From NCBI GenBank assembly GCA_963595735.1, contig CAVBJJ010000006.1, forward strand, positions 14,694 through 78,693: a stretch of 64,000 bases of DNA, in the 5' to 3' direction. Position 1 is the first letter of the stretch; every line of letters starts with the position of its first letter. Of this stretch, positions 8,730 through 18,119 are shown piece by piece. Both the position numbers and the translations under genes were made by a program. A model generated the notes under the pieces. The model made no database searches. It was not told where the DNA came from and saw nothing but the letters and a program-made list of their open reading frames with translations. The stretch is from a bacterium. GTDB lineage: Bacteria > Bacillota > Clostridia > Oscillospirales > Oscillospiraceae.

Positions 8730-9796
8730 ATGCCGCTCACCGCCTGCAGGCTCATCAAGATCGACACAAATAGCATGGCTGCGCCCGCACCCACCATGCC
8801 CAGCAGCATCCCGCAGGCGCCTCCGTATTCCGCCACCAGCTTGCCCAGCCGGGCGTCTCCTGCCATGGCGCAGAGTCCGGCACAGAGCTTCAGCAGCAGA
8901 TACTGCGCCCCCAGCCGCAGCACCGGCGCAATACACACCCAGCACACCGCCAGAAGCCCAAACACGCCGATCCCGTTTTTGACCGCGCCCGCCCCGGCAA
9001 GCAGGGTTCCGGCCGCGTCGGAGAGGATCCCTCCCACCACGGGAAGCGCTGTACTGATGGCCGTTTTTGCCACCCGCGCCGCTACTGCGTCCGCCGAGCC
9101 GGCAACCGCCCCCGTCACGGCGAGATAGGCCGTGAACAGCAGCACCAGCGCAACCAGAAGCGTGGTGCAGATCCACTTGAGCAGCTCCGAAAGCCCCGCC
9201 GGAAATCCGCTGTCCGCCAGCGCCGCTTTCGCCGTTGCCGCGGCCAGATACACATAAAGCAGCGGCAGCAGCAGACGATCGGCCAGCGTAAGCAGCACAT
9301 CCAGAAACAGGGCGGTGCCCGCATAGCGCGCCACGGCGACTCCCGCGCCGCCTGCCACGGTCCCGGCCGCCGCCATGCAGGGCAGCAGCGCCTTGGAAAA
9401 ATCGGACAGGGTGTGCAGGGTCTCCGCCCCCTGGGCGGCAAAGCCCTTCATATCCCCCAGCGTACACAGCGCCGCGGCCAGAACCCCCGCCAAATGGATA
9501 TAGCGCAGCTTGTTCCCCTCCGTCAGCACCCCGGCCAGTCCGGTCAGCAAGGCGATGCACAGCAGCTTGCCCGCACTGCCCAGCGCCTGCCGCAGGGCGG
9601 CGGCGAGTTTATCCTGCGCAGCGGAAGCCAACTTGGCAAGTCCGCCGTCCAGGTCGCCATCCGGTTGACTTTCCGCCATTTCCGGCGGCGCCGCCTGTTT
9701 CAGCGCGTCCGTATCCACCAACGGCGGCAGTTGGGCGGCAAGGGCGGGGGTACTCAGCAGCAGTGCAAAGCACAGCAACAAAACAAAGCCTTTCAC
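8726..9796 (-). CDS. spoIIIAE: Stage III sporulation protein AE
   Basis: GTG start within a GTGA overlap with the spoIIIAD stop; GGAGG RBS. Signal peptide (VKGFVLLLCFALLLSTPALA) plus a polytopic membrane domain. Confidence 0.8.
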   Translation of the reverse strand: MKGFVLLLCFALLLSTPALAAQLPPLVDTDALKQAAPPEMAESQPDGDLDGGLAKLASAAQDKLAAALRQALGSAGKLLCIALLTGLAGVLTEGNKLRYIHLAGVLAAALCTLGDMKGFAAQGAETLHTLSDFSKALLPCMAAAGTVAGGAGVAVARYAGTALFLDVLLTLADRLLLPLLYVYLAAATAKAALADSGFPAGLSELLKWICTTLLVALVLLFTAYLAVTGAVAGSADAVAARVAKTAISTALPVVGGILSDAAGTLLAGAGAVKNGIGVFGLLAVCWVCIAPVLRLGAQYLLLKLCAGLCAMAGDARLGKLVAEYGGACGMLLGMVGAGAAMLFVSILMSLQAVSGI

Positions 9797-10179
9797 AGCA
9801 AGTCCTCCATCAGATCCAGAAAGCTCCGCAGCAGCGGCAGGGACACATACATTGCCGCCATTGTCCCCACCAGCTCCACCGCACTGGCTAGGGCGCGCTG
9901 CCCCGCATCCTGACACAGGTCGCAGGCAAAGCGGGACAGCAGCCCCAAGCCCACACAGCGCAGCACCGGCCCGGTCAGGGCGGCGGAAAGCCCGGCGGTC
10001 TGCCCGGCCTGCTGTGCCATCGTGCGCAGCTGCTGGCTCATGCTCAGCGCGGCAAGCCCCATTCCCACTGCCGCCGCCATCGCCAGCGCAAGCCCCAGCT
10101 CCGGCGTTTTCTTCCGCAGCAGCAGGCACACCAGAGACACGGTCATACCCAGCGCTGCGGCGCGAATCAGCATCTCCAT
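9793..10179 (-). CDS. spoIIIAD: Stage III sporulation protein AD
   Basis: 128-aa membrane protein, begins MEMLIRAAALGMTVSLVCLLLRKK. Operon position fits. Confidence 0.85.
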   Translation of the reverse strand: MEMLIRAAALGMTVSLVCLLLRKKTPELGLALAMAAAVGMGLAALSMSQQLRTMAQQAGQTAGLSAALTGPVLRCVGLGLLSRFACDLCQDAGQRALASAVELVGTMAAMYVSLPLLRSFLDLMEDLL

Positions 10180-10182
10180 GGC

Positions 10183-10377
10183 TCAAAACCCAAACAGCTG
10201 CTTGATCAGCGAAAACAGCGTGCTGATCTCCCGCACCAGCAGCATCAGCACCACCACAAGACCGGCCAGACTGGTCATCAGCGCCTGTTCCTCCCGGCCA
10301 GAGCGCTGCAAAAGCACATTCAGCACCGCCACCACAATGCCCACCGCGGCGATCCGAAAAATCAGATCCACATTCAT
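10183..10377 (-). CDS. spoIIIAC: Stage III sporulation protein AC
   Basis: 64 aa: MNVDLIFRIAAVGIVVAVLNVLLQRSGREEQA.. Confidence 0.9.
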   Translation of the reverse strand: MNVDLIFRIAAVGIVVAVLNVLLQRSGREEQALMTSLAGLVVVLMLLVREISTLFSLIKQLFGF

Positions 10378-10396
10378 TTGTGTTCCCCCTTTTTTC

Positions 10397-10912
10397 TTAC
10401 AGGAATATCACCACCGCGCCGATGGCAGTGCAAACACTCAGCCCCAGATACAACCGGCTGTTCCCCGCCAGACTGCGACGACGGCCTTCCGCCAGTGTCT
10501 CCAACCGGCGCAGACACCGGGTCAGCGCCTGCGCCTGCACCGGGGCGGCATAGCGGCCAAGGGACTGCCCCAGCGCGCTCAGCTCCCGGCGCAGGGTCAG
10601 ATCCAGCCCGCTGTCCGGATATTGGAAAATGCACTGCGTCCACAGCTGCTCCAGATCCGTCTCCCCCAAGCGGCGCATCGCCCCGGAAAGTGCGGCGAAC
10701 AGGCCGGTCGCCGGGGCTGGCGCGGTTTGCGCCAAGTCCTCCAGTAGTTCCGGCAGAGGCGTCAGGTTTTCCACAAGCTCCGCGCAAAAGCGGTGCAAAC
10801 TTTGCAGAAGCGCCTCTGTCATGCGCAATTGCCGCCGCAGCCGCCACACCTTTTCCACACCCCAGCCCACACCGCCGCCCAGCAGCAGCGCAGCACCCAG
10901 CAGATGTATCAC
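10397..10912 (-). CDS. spoIIIAB: Stage III sporulation protein AB
   Basis: GTG start within a GTGA overlap with the spoIIIAA stop. 171 aa, which is the size I recall for SpoIIIAB. Confidence 0.75.
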   Translation of the reverse strand: MIHLLGAALLLGGGVGWGVEKVWRLRRQLRMTEALLQSLHRFCAELVENLTPLPELLEDLAQTAPAPATGLFAALSGAMRRLGETDLEQLWTQCIFQYPDSGLDLTLRRELSALGQSLGRYAAPVQAQALTRCLRRLETLAEGRRRSLAGNSRLYLGLSVCTAIGAVVIFL

Positions 10913-11787
10913 AGCGCCACCACCGCATACTGCCGCCGGCTGCCCGCTCCGGAAATGACCACTGCATAACGAAACAGTTCCAGCGCCAGCAAGCGCCGGT
11001 ACAAAGGACGAACAGAAAGGCTTTCCCTGTCTTTGCCATGGGCCGTTGCCAGAACCGTGACCCCGCAATTGGCGATCTGCTCCGCCGCTTCCACATCCGC
11101 CTTTGCGGTGATCTCATCCATGGCGATCACCTGGGGGTTCATTGTCCGCAGCAGCTGGATGCTGCCCGCCGCCTTTTCGCCGCCGGTGAGCACATCCGTG
11201 CAGGGTCCCAGGTCATACTGCGCCCTGCCTCTCCAGACGCCCGCCACCTCTCCCCGCGCGTCTGCAAGCCCCACCCGGACACCTCGCTCCGAAAGGCAGC
11301 GGATCCATTCCCGCAGCAGGGTTGTCTTTCCGCCGCCCGGAGGCGAGAGCAGCAGCGTGCTGGGAAATCCCAAATCCCAAATTTGGGAAAAGGCCGCAGC
11401 CCCACAGCCCCGCACGGCACGGGGCAAACGGATCGCCATGCTGCTGAGTTCCCGCAGTCCCCGACTTCCTGTCGCTTCCTCCACCACCGTGCCGCACAGG
11501 CCGATGCGCAGGCCGCCGGAAACGGTAACAAAGCCCTGCCGGATGCTGTGCTCCGCTGTGTGTACCGAGGCGCCCGTGGCCAGCTCCAGCACATCCCGCA
11601 GCTGCCGCGCGGTCACCGGCGGGCAGTCTGGAAAGGGGATCTCCCCCTGCTCCGTCAGCACCCGGGGCGGCTGTCCCAGACGCAAGCGCAGCTCCTCCGC
11701 TGTTTCCCGTAGGGCTTCCGGCAGTGCCTGTCCCCGCTGCCGCAGCAGCGGCGGTAGCAACTGCATTGCGTTTTCCCAAGATTCCAT
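10909..11787 (-). CDS. spoIIIAA: Stage III sporulation protein AA (AAA+ ATPase)
   Basis: Walker A in LLLSPPGGGKTTLLRE. ATG 11787 has an AGGAGGGAG RBS; the longer ORF-track start is rejected. Confidence 0.9.
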   Translation of the reverse strand: MESWENAMQLLPPLLRQRGQALPEALRETAEELRLRLGQPPRVLTEQGEIPFPDCPPVTARQLRDVLELATGASVHTAEHSIRQGFVTVSGGLRIGLCGTVVEEATGSRGLRELSSMAIRLPRAVRGCGAAAFSQIWDLGFPSTLLLSPPGGGKTTLLREWIRCLSERGVRVGLADARGEVAGVWRGRAQYDLGPCTDVLTGGEKAAGSIQLLRTMNPQVIAMDEITAKADVEAAEQIANCGVTVLATAHGKDRESLSVRPLYRRLLALELFRYAVVISGAGSRRQYAVVAL

Positions 11788-11818
11788 TGCGCTCCCTCCT
11801 GTTCTTTGCTTTTGTCCA

Positions 11819-11847
11819 AGCCTATGCCTGTCCCGGGGAAATGATGT
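11819..11847 (-). promoter_or_regulatory. Candidate sigma-E-type promoter of the spoIIIA operon
   Basis: Minus strand ATCATT-N13/14-CATAGGCT resembles the sigma-E consensus (ATATT..CATACAnT). Partial match only. Confidence 0.3.
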
Positions 11848-11857
11848 CAAGGGCAGC

Positions 11858-11900
11858 AAAAAAACACCGGAGACCTCTGCCAAATAAAGGTCTCCGGTGT
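11858..11900 (-). terminator. Terminator after the AlaX-like gene
   Basis: Minus strand ACACCGGAGACC..GGTCTCCGGTGT followed by T7. Confidence 0.85.
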
Positions 11901-11936
11901 TTCGCTTTTCCGTATTTTCATAACAGGAAATGCCCG

Positions 11937-13088
11937 TTACTGCTTCCATTTGTCAAAAAAAGCGCGGATCTCCGCTTCCGCCGCCGCAACTGCGCCCTGA
12001 ATGCAGCCGCCGCGACCGCCGCCCCGGCCGTGGAGCGCTGTGTTGATCTGTTTTGCCAGATTGCCCAGCTCCCCCGCCGCAGAGACGACCGCATATTGAT
12101 ACCGCCCGTTCTCCCCGGCAAATACCGCGCAGCGCCCGCCGGAAGTCTCCGCCACAGCATTGGCCAGCCCACGCAGGCTTTCCGCCGCCATGGGCGCTTC
12201 CACCAGCAGCAGGTCGCCCGCGTCCCGATACTGCGCCGCCCGTGCGGCAAACCACGCCGCTTCCAGCCCGGCGGCACGCTGCTTTTGTCCGGAAAGCTCC
12301 TCCAGCGTTCTGCGCACGGCCTCCGCCGTTTCCAGCGGCTTGGCAGACAGAGCGCGGCTGTTCTGAAGGTTTTCCCGCCAGACTGCCGTCAGATAGGCAA
12401 TGGCTCTGCCGCCGCAGACCAGCTCGATGCGCACACCGCCACGGCTGCGGTCACAGCGCAGGATCTTGACCATGCCCAGCTCGCCACTGCGCTTGACATG
12501 CAGGCCGCAGCAGGCGCACAGATCCGCGCCGGGAAAGCGCACCAGCCGCACCGCGCCCTCCAGCGCCTTTTTGCTGCGATATTGCAGCTTTGCCAGCTCC
12601 TCCGGCGCGGGAATGAAAATTTCGGTTTCCACATTGTCCCGAATCAGCCGGTTGGCTTCGTCCTCCAGGGGCAAAAGCTGCTCCAGCGTACATCCCGTGT
12701 CAAAGTCGATGGTAACCACATCGCCGCCGATGTGAAAGCCCACATTATTACAGGAAAACCGGCTGCAGATCAGCCCGCTGAGGATATGCTCCCCGCTGTG
12801 CTGCTCCACCAGATCCCGCCGCCGTGCGGCGTCCACCTGTCCCTGCACCATCGAGCCGGGCTGGAGCGCCGCGGCGCACAAATGCACCACATCGCCCCCC
12901 TGCTCCTGCACATCCAGAACGGGAACGCCGCCCAACAGCCCATGGTCTGCCGGCTGTCCGCCGCCCTCCGGGTAAAACGCTGTGGCATCCAGCCGCACCA
13001 GAAAGCCCGCAGGGCTTTCCCGGCAGTCCCGTACTCGGGCGGAAAATTCCAGACAGTCGCCGTCTTCATAGTATAACCGCCGGGTCAT
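11937..13088 (-). CDS. Alanyl-tRNA editing protein (AlaX-L type)
   Basis: Contains the HSGEHIL (HxxxH) editing-domain motif, FYPEGGGQPAD, and a C-terminal GGGRGGCIQG DHHA1-like region. ATG 13088 is preceded by GGAGG. Confidence 0.85.
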   Translation of the reverse strand: MTRRLYYEDGDCLEFSARVRDCRESPAGFLVRLDATAFYPEGGGQPADHGLLGGVPVLDVQEQGGDVVHLCAAALQPGSMVQGQVDAARRRDLVEQHSGEHILSGLICSRFSCNNVGFHIGGDVVTIDFDTGCTLEQLLPLEDEANRLIRDNVETEIFIPAPEELAKLQYRSKKALEGAVRLVRFPGADLCACCGLHVKRSGELGMVKILRCDRSRGGVRIELVCGGRAIAYLTAVWRENLQNSRALSAKPLETAEAVRRTLEELSGQKQRAAGLEAAWFAARAAQYRDAGDLLLVEAPMAAESLRGLANAVAETSGGRCAVFAGENGRYQYAVVSAAGELGNLAKQINTALHGRGGGRGGCIQGAVAAAEAEIRAFFDKWKQ

Positions 13089-13093
13089 GACGC

Positions 13094-13606
13094 TCAAGCC
13101 TCCGGCAAGCTGCGGATCAGCTGCAAAATCTGATCCACCACCCGGTCAATGCCCTGCTCGCAGCGGACACAGTGGTCGGCATATCTCCGGTACAGCGGCT
13201 CCCGCTGCAAATAGATATCGGAAACGCCAAAGCCCGCCGGGGCGGCAACGCCGCGGTCATGGCAGCTGACGATGGCCAGACGGCGCTCCAGCTCGTCCAG
13301 ATCGGTCTCCAGCCAAATGGTCAGGCTGTCCCGCTTCAGGTTCTCCATGGCCGCCTGGGAAAACACCATGCTGCCGCCGGTGGCGATCACGGTTTTTTCG
13401 CAGTGCAGATTCGCGCCCACCTGACCCTCGATCTCCAGGAAGCGATCCTGACCATCGGTGTCAATAATCTCCGTCAGAGTGCGTCCCTCCTGCTGGGCAA
13501 TGAGGATATCGCAGTCCAGGAAGCCGAAGCCCAAGCGCTTTGCCAAAATCACGCCGACCGTGCTTTTGCCCGTGCCCGGCATACCGATCAAAACAATATT
13601 TTTCAC
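13094..13606 (-). CDS. aroK: Shikimate kinase
   Basis: 170 aa, begins MKNIVLIGMPGTGKSTVG (P-loop) and contains ..DCDILIAQQEGRT. Confidence 0.9.
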   Translation of the reverse strand: MKNIVLIGMPGTGKSTVGVILAKRLGFGFLDCDILIAQQEGRTLTEIIDTDGQDRFLEIEGQVGANLHCEKTVIATGGSMVFSQAAMENLKRDSLTIWLETDLDELERRLAIVSCHDRGVAAPAGFGVSDIYLQREPLYRRYADHCVRCEQGIDRVVDQILQLIRSLPEA

Positions 13607-13871
13607 GGAAAAAGTCCCCTTTTTTTCTCAAATGTCCCCTGCTGCCGGGCGCGGCAAAGCCCCGCCGCCCGCACCGGGGAAGTCAGCCGAATTATAGCAC
13701 AGGCTGTCCGCTTTGAAAAGTTCCTCCGGCGGTTTTTTTCCTCCTCAGGCACAAAAAGAGGAATTTGCATAAATTTTTTCGGAAACACCCGCTCCCCCTC
13801 CCCACTTCGACGGCATCTACCGTCCCATTCCCGCTATAATGATCCCACCGTTTACAAAAGGAGACTGACCT

Positions 13872-14195
13872 ATGAAGGTACTTTCATCATGCAAGGATGG
13901 TCTGCTCGTGCTGTACCTGGAGGGCGAGCTGGATCACCACGAATCCAGAGAGACGGCGCGGCAGATCGAGCGGCTGCTGGAGGAATATCTGCCCCGGGAC
14001 TGCATTGTGGAGCTTTCCGGCCTGCGCTTTATGGATTCCTCCGGCATCGCCGTGCTGCTGCGGGTATACAAGCGAATGCGGGAAATGGGCGGCAGCGCCC
14101 GGGTGGAAAATCCCCGGCAGCAGCCCCGCCGGGTGATCGACGCTTCCGGCATCGACCGGATCATGCAAATTTCTGTGGAGGAGGCTGCGAAATGA
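13872..14195 (+). CDS. spoIIAA: Anti-sigma F factor antagonist (STAS domain)
   Basis: 107 aa with ..LSGLRFMDSSGIAVLL.. (phospho-Ser motif). RBS AAAGGAG. Confidence 0.9.
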   Translation: MKVLSSCKDGLLVLYLEGELDHHESRETARQIERLLEEYLPRDCIVELSGLRFMDSSGIAVLLRVYKRMREMGGSARVENPRQQPRRVIDASGIDRIMQISVEEAAK

Positions 14196-14635
14196 CAAAC
14201 GGCAGTAACTACATACGGCTGGAATTTCCCAGCCAGTCCATCAACGAAAGCTTTGCCAGAAGTGCGGTGGCCTGCTTTGCCGCCCAGCTGGATCCCACGC
14301 TGGAGGAGATCGGCGACATCAAAACCGTGGTCAGCGAGGCTGTGACAAACTGCATCGTCCACGCCTATCCGGAAAGCATCGGCAAAATCCTAATCAAGGC
14401 GCGAATTTTGGAGACAAATTGTCTGGAGATCGTCGTTCGGGACTGGGGACGGGGCATTCCGGATATTGACCGGGCGCGGCAGCCCATGTTCACCACCGGA
14501 GGCGCCGACCGCAGCGGCATGGGCTTCACGATCATGGAGAGCTTCATGGACATGATCCGCGTCCGCTCCATTCCCGGCAAGGGGACGACCGTCACTCTGC
14601 GGCGCAGCATCTCCCTGCGGAGCCGCCGGACATGA
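14192..14635 (+). CDS. spoIIAB: Anti-sigma F factor (serine kinase)
   Basis: ATGA overlap with spoIIAA. GHKL motifs EAVTNCIVHAY, VRDWGRGI, GMGFTIM. Confidence 0.9.
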   Translation: MTNGSNYIRLEFPSQSINESFARSAVACFAAQLDPTLEEIGDIKTVVSEAVTNCIVHAYPESIGKILIKARILETNCLEIVVRDWGRGIPDIDRARQPMFTTGGADRSGMGFTIMESFMDMIRVRSIPGKGTTVTLRRSISLRSRRT

Positions 14636-15354
14636 GGGAACGGCTCCCGCTGCTTCGCGCCGCAGCCGCCGGAGATACCGCGGCCATGGAGCAGCTGGTG
14701 CAGGAAAACGCCGGTCTGATCTGGAGCGTTGCTCGGCGCTTTGTCGGCCGGGGCGTGGATGCGGACGATCTGTACCAACTGGGCAGCATTGGGTTTCTCA
14801 AGGCCGTCCACGGCTTTGACCCGGAATACGGCACCCAATTTTCCACCTACGCCGTTCCCAAAATCTCCGGCGAGATCCGGCGCTTTCTGCGGGACGACGG
14901 CGCCATCAAGGTCAGCCGCAGCATCAAGGAGCAGGCGCTGACCATCCGCAGCGCCCGCGCCCAGCTGGAGCAGCAATTGGGACGGGAGCCCAGCCTGTCC
15001 GAGCTGGCGGAACGCACAGGCATCTGCCCGGAGGACATCGCTGCCGCAGAGCTGGCCACCGGCCCGGCAGAATCCCTGCAAAAGGAAAATGGTCCGGACG
15101 GTCTGACGCTGGAGCAGATGCTGGGCGATACCGGTCAGGAGGAGCAGCTGATGGAGCGGGTCTGCTTGCAGGAGGCCATTTCCGCCCTGCCAGAGCGGGA
15201 GCAGAAGGTGATCGCGCTGCGGTTTTACCATGGCTTGACCCAGACGAATACCGCCCGGCTGCTGGGTACCAATCAGGTGCAGATATCCCGGCTGGAGCGC
15301 CGGGCGCTGGCGCAGCTTCGGCTTTTGCTCATGGAAACAGAAAACAGCAGCTGA
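14632..15354 (+). CDS. sigF: RNA polymerase sporulation sigma factor F
   Basis: 240 aa with sigma-70 regions 2-4 (DDLYQLGSIGFLKAVHGFD, TQTNTARLLGTNQVQISRLER). Third gene of the spoIIA operon. Confidence 0.9.
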   Translation: MRERLPLLRAAAAGDTAAMEQLVQENAGLIWSVARRFVGRGVDADDLYQLGSIGFLKAVHGFDPEYGTQFSTYAVPKISGEIRRFLRDDGAIKVSRSIKEQALTIRSARAQLEQQLGREPSLSELAERTGICPEDIAAAELATGPAESLQKENGPDGLTLEQMLGDTGQEEQLMERVCLQEAISALPEREQKVIALRFYHGLTQTNTARLLGTNQVQISRLERRALAQLRLLLMETENSS

Positions 15355-15387
15355 GATAGGTTTGCTCTCAGCTGCTGTGTATTTTTT
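15344..15387. terminator. Bidirectional terminator between sigF and the convergent gene
   Basis: 13-bp perfect stem ACAGCAGCTGAGA/TCTCAGCTGCTGT, with a T-run on the plus side and an A-run upstream. Confidence 0.85.
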
Positions 15388-15392
15388 GGCCT

Positions 15393-15815
15393 TTATTTTA
15401 CCGTATAGCTGCCCTTGACCAGCAGCTTGACCGCGCCGTTCGCCAGCAGGGTCTTTCCCCCATTGACAACCAGATACAGGTGGTTTTGCTCCAGGTCGTC
15501 CCCCTGCTCCAGCGTCTGTGCATCGGTGCTGTCGATCAGGCCGTCCGCCGCGCATTCCGCCGTACCAGAGCGCAGGACAATCTCGCAGCCTGTTTTCGCG
15601 GAAAGGGTCTGGCTGCGCCGCAGGGTCACCTGCTGAAAGCTGACCTCGCCGGTCACATCCTCCACCACCTCCGGGGTCAGCACATCGGTCAGATAGCTCA
15701 TGCTGACCAGCGGGTCGGACTGGGTGCCAAAGCCGCCGCTGGCATACGCCCCGGCCGCAAAGGCTACCGCCGCTGTCAGCACGATCCCCAGCACAAGCGC
15801 TGCTTTTCGTTTCAT
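15393..15815 (-). CDS. Hypothetical secreted/membrane-anchored protein
   Basis: 140 aa with an N-terminal signal/TM segment (MKRKAALVLGIVLTAAVAFAAGAYA) and a GGGAGG RBS. I recognise no family. Confidence 0.6.
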   Translation of the reverse strand: MKRKAALVLGIVLTAAVAFAAGAYASGGFGTQSDPLVSMSYLTDVLTPEVVEDVTGEVSFQQVTLRRSQTLSAKTGCEIVLRSGTAECAADGLIDSTDAQTLEQGDDLEQNHLYLVVNGGKTLLANGAVKLLVKGSYTVK

Positions 15816-15929
15816 TTCGTATGTACCTCCCTCTGGTTGGCGCCGCCGCTTTTGCCTTGCACCGCGCCGCGTTTGGCTTTTGGGGCAAGGCCGACCTTTT
15901 GCCGGCCTTGCCCGTATCGCTATTGCTTC

Positions 15930-16277
15930 TTATCCCAGCCCGAAGCTCACCGCGATGGCATTGTCCACCTGCTGCATCATCGGGCTGTCCAGCCGCCCCA
16001 TTCGCTCCCGCAGCCGGGATTTGTCGATGGTGCGGATCTGCTCCAGCAGCACAACGCTGTCCCGGCTCAGGCCGTAGCTCTGGGCGGCCAGGTTGATATG
16101 GGTGGGAAGTCGGGCCTTTCCGGTCTGAGAGGTGATGGCCGCAGCGATGACAGTCGGGCTGTGCCGGTTTCCGGTATCGTTCTGCACGATCAGCACCGGG
16201 CGCATGCCGCCCTGCTCACTGCCAACCACGGGACTCAGATCCGCAAAATAGATTTCTCCCCGTTTGACTGTGCTCAT
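15930..16277 (-). CDS. mazF: MazF/EndoA (PemK family) mRNA interferase toxin
   Basis: Contains VKRGEIYFADLSPVVGSEQGGMRPVLIVQND..LPTH..SVVLLEQIRTIDKSRL, very close to B. subtilis EndoA as I recall it. ATG 16277 has a GGAG RBS. Confidence 0.9.
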   Translation of the reverse strand: MSTVKRGEIYFADLSPVVGSEQGGMRPVLIVQNDTGNRHSPTVIAAAITSQTGKARLPTHINLAAQSYGLSRDSVVLLEQIRTIDKSRLRERMGRLDSPMMQQVDNAIAVSFGLG

Positions 16278-16358
16278 GGGTATCACACTCCGAAGATGGA
16301 TTGCCCATTACCATTGTATGTAGTGGGCTAGTACCATTGTTGCACAATCCGCGGCTTT

Positions 16359-17513
16359 TTATACAGCGCACTCGTCCTCGCCGGTGCAAAAAATTCTGGG
16401 AATTCGCTTACTCATGGCGCAGACGATCTCATAGGAGATGGTTCCGGCCAGCTGTGCCAGTGTTTCCACCGGCTGGACGGCATCCCCATCTTTGCCGAAG
16501 ATCACCGCTACATCCCCGGTCTGCGCCTCCGGGATGTTCGTAACATCCACCATGCACATATCCATACAGATCCGCCCCAGCTGCCTTGCGGGCTTGCCGT
16601 GGATCAGCACCTGCATTTTGTTGGACAGCACCCGGTGCAGCCCATCGGCATAGCCCATGGGAATCACCGCCACGCGCATGGGCGCTTCCGCCCGGAAGGT
16701 ACGGCCATAGCTGATGCTGTCCCCGGGGCGCACCTGCTTGATGGCCGCGATGCGCGCCTTGATCGACATGACCGGGTGGAGGTCAAGCCCCTCCGTTTCC
16801 GGATCCGGGTACAGGCCATACAGCAGCAGCCCCGGACGCACCATGTCCAGCAGCATTTCCGGATAGTGGAGCACCGCGCCGGAGTTGGCGCAATGGCGCA
16901 GGGCAAAGGCTTTGCCGCTGCTTTGCTCCAGCTGCTTTACCGCCTGGGTAAAGCGGGAAAATTGCAGCCGGGTAAAATCCGCGCCGTCCGGAAGTTCGTC
17001 AGAAACCGCAAAATGGGTAAACACGCCCTCCGGTATCAGTCCCGGCAGGCACATGGCCTCCGCCGCCTGCGCCAGCGCGGCTTTCTCCTCCGCGCGGAAT
17101 CCCAAACGCCCCATGCCGGTATCCAGCTTGATATGGATCTTACACTGCTGCCCGGGCGCCAGCGCCGCGCTGACGGCTTTGGCGTCCTCCAAACTGCCGA
17201 TGGACAGGGTGACCTCCTGCGCCGCCAGAGCTGACGCCAGCGACGGCTCCACCCGGCCGAGGATCAGGATGGGCATTTGTATCCCCGCCTGCCGCAGCTG
17301 GACGGCCTCGTCATAGCAGGCCACTGCCAGATAGCCCGCGCCCAGCTTTTCCAAAAGCCCGGCCACCTGCACCGCGCCATGGCCATAGGCGTCCGCTTTC
17401 ACCACGCCCAGAAAACGGCAGCCCTCCGGCAGCCGGCGGGTGATCTCGCGAAAATTATGCTCCAGCTCTGCCAGATCGATCTCTGCCCAGAGTCTTGTTT
17501 TCTCTGTTTCCAT
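16359..17513 (-). CDS. alr: Alanine racemase
   Basis: 384 aa with GVVKADAYGHG (PLP-Lys motif) and ..SYGRTF..MGYADG. Confidence 0.95.
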   Translation of the reverse strand: METEKTRLWAEIDLAELEHNFREITRRLPEGCRFLGVVKADAYGHGAVQVAGLLEKLGAGYLAVACYDEAVQLRQAGIQMPILILGRVEPSLASALAAQEVTLSIGSLEDAKAVSAALAPGQQCKIHIKLDTGMGRLGFRAEEKAALAQAAEAMCLPGLIPEGVFTHFAVSDELPDGADFTRLQFSRFTQAVKQLEQSSGKAFALRHCANSGAVLHYPEMLLDMVRPGLLLYGLYPDPETEGLDLHPVMSIKARIAAIKQVRPGDSISYGRTFRAEAPMRVAVIPMGYADGLHRVLSNKMQVLIHGKPARQLGRICMDMCMVDVTNIPEAQTGDVAVIFGKDGDAVQPVETLAQLAGTISYEIVCAMSKRIPRIFCTGEDECAV

Positions 17514-17546
17514 AGTATATCCCTCTTTTGTAAGCTGCCTGAAAAT

Positions 17547-18116
17547 TCAGCGGCAGTCCCAGGCTGTGATCTCGCAGCTTGCTTTGCGCACGCCGTTTTC
17601 CCACAGCTCGCCATAAACCGGAACGGCGTCCTCCTCCCGGAGCCACAGCGCCGCCACCGGCCCTGTATCCACCGCAAACTCCCCGGTAAGGCACGGCGTT
17701 TCCTGCCAGCTTTCCCGGCCGCTGCGCTGCAAATGCCCCTCCAGCAAGCCCTGGAGCAGGCAGGGCAGCACCGTGAGCGGGGTAATCCCGCTTTCCGTTA
17801 AGGGTTCCGCCGCAAGGGAAACATCCTCCCAGCGCAGCACCAGGTCTTTTTCGTCCACCTGTGCGGTAATGCCCGCCAGAGATTCCGGCTGCTGAATGCA
17901 CAGGCGCATGGTATGTTCAGTATAAACGCAGGCCAGCGTATATTCAAGTACTTTTTCCCCGCTTGCCGCGTGCAGCTGCGCGGTAAAACGGATCTCCTCC
18001 GCCTGCGCCAGACGCTGCTGCACCTGTCGAAGTGTGCTTTCCTCCACCCCGCTGCCGCAGCCGGCAAGCGAGAGCAGAAGGCTTATCAGAAGTACGAGCG
18101 AAGCGGCTCGTCTCAT
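17547..18116 (-). CDS. Lipoprotein, YdcC/LolA-like by position
   Basis: Lipobox LSLAGC. It lies immediately upstream of alr, as ydcC does in B. subtilis. The fold assignment is inference. Confidence 0.5.
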   Translation of the reverse strand: MRRAASLVLLISLLLSLAGCGSGVEESTLRQVQQRLAQAEEIRFTAQLHAASGEKVLEYTLACVYTEHTMRLCIQQPESLAGITAQVDEKDLVLRWEDVSLAAEPLTESGITPLTVLPCLLQGLLEGHLQRSGRESWQETPCLTGEFAVDTGPVAALWLREEDAVPVYGELWENGVRKASCEITAWDCR

Positions 18117-18119
18117 GAT

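Noticed and set aside
13740-13871. Sigma-H promoter / Spo0A box upstream of spoIIAA
   Set aside because: AGAGGAATT (about 13757) fits the sigma-H -35 pattern, but no GAAT-type -10 lies at the correct spacing. TTCGACG (about 13806) is one base off a reversed 0A box. This is too weak to call.
16287-16358. Possible mazE antitoxin between alr and mazF
   Set aside because: The gap is only about 72 nt (at most 24 codons), with no start/RBS combination and no overlapping ORF. See the finding on the orphan mazF.
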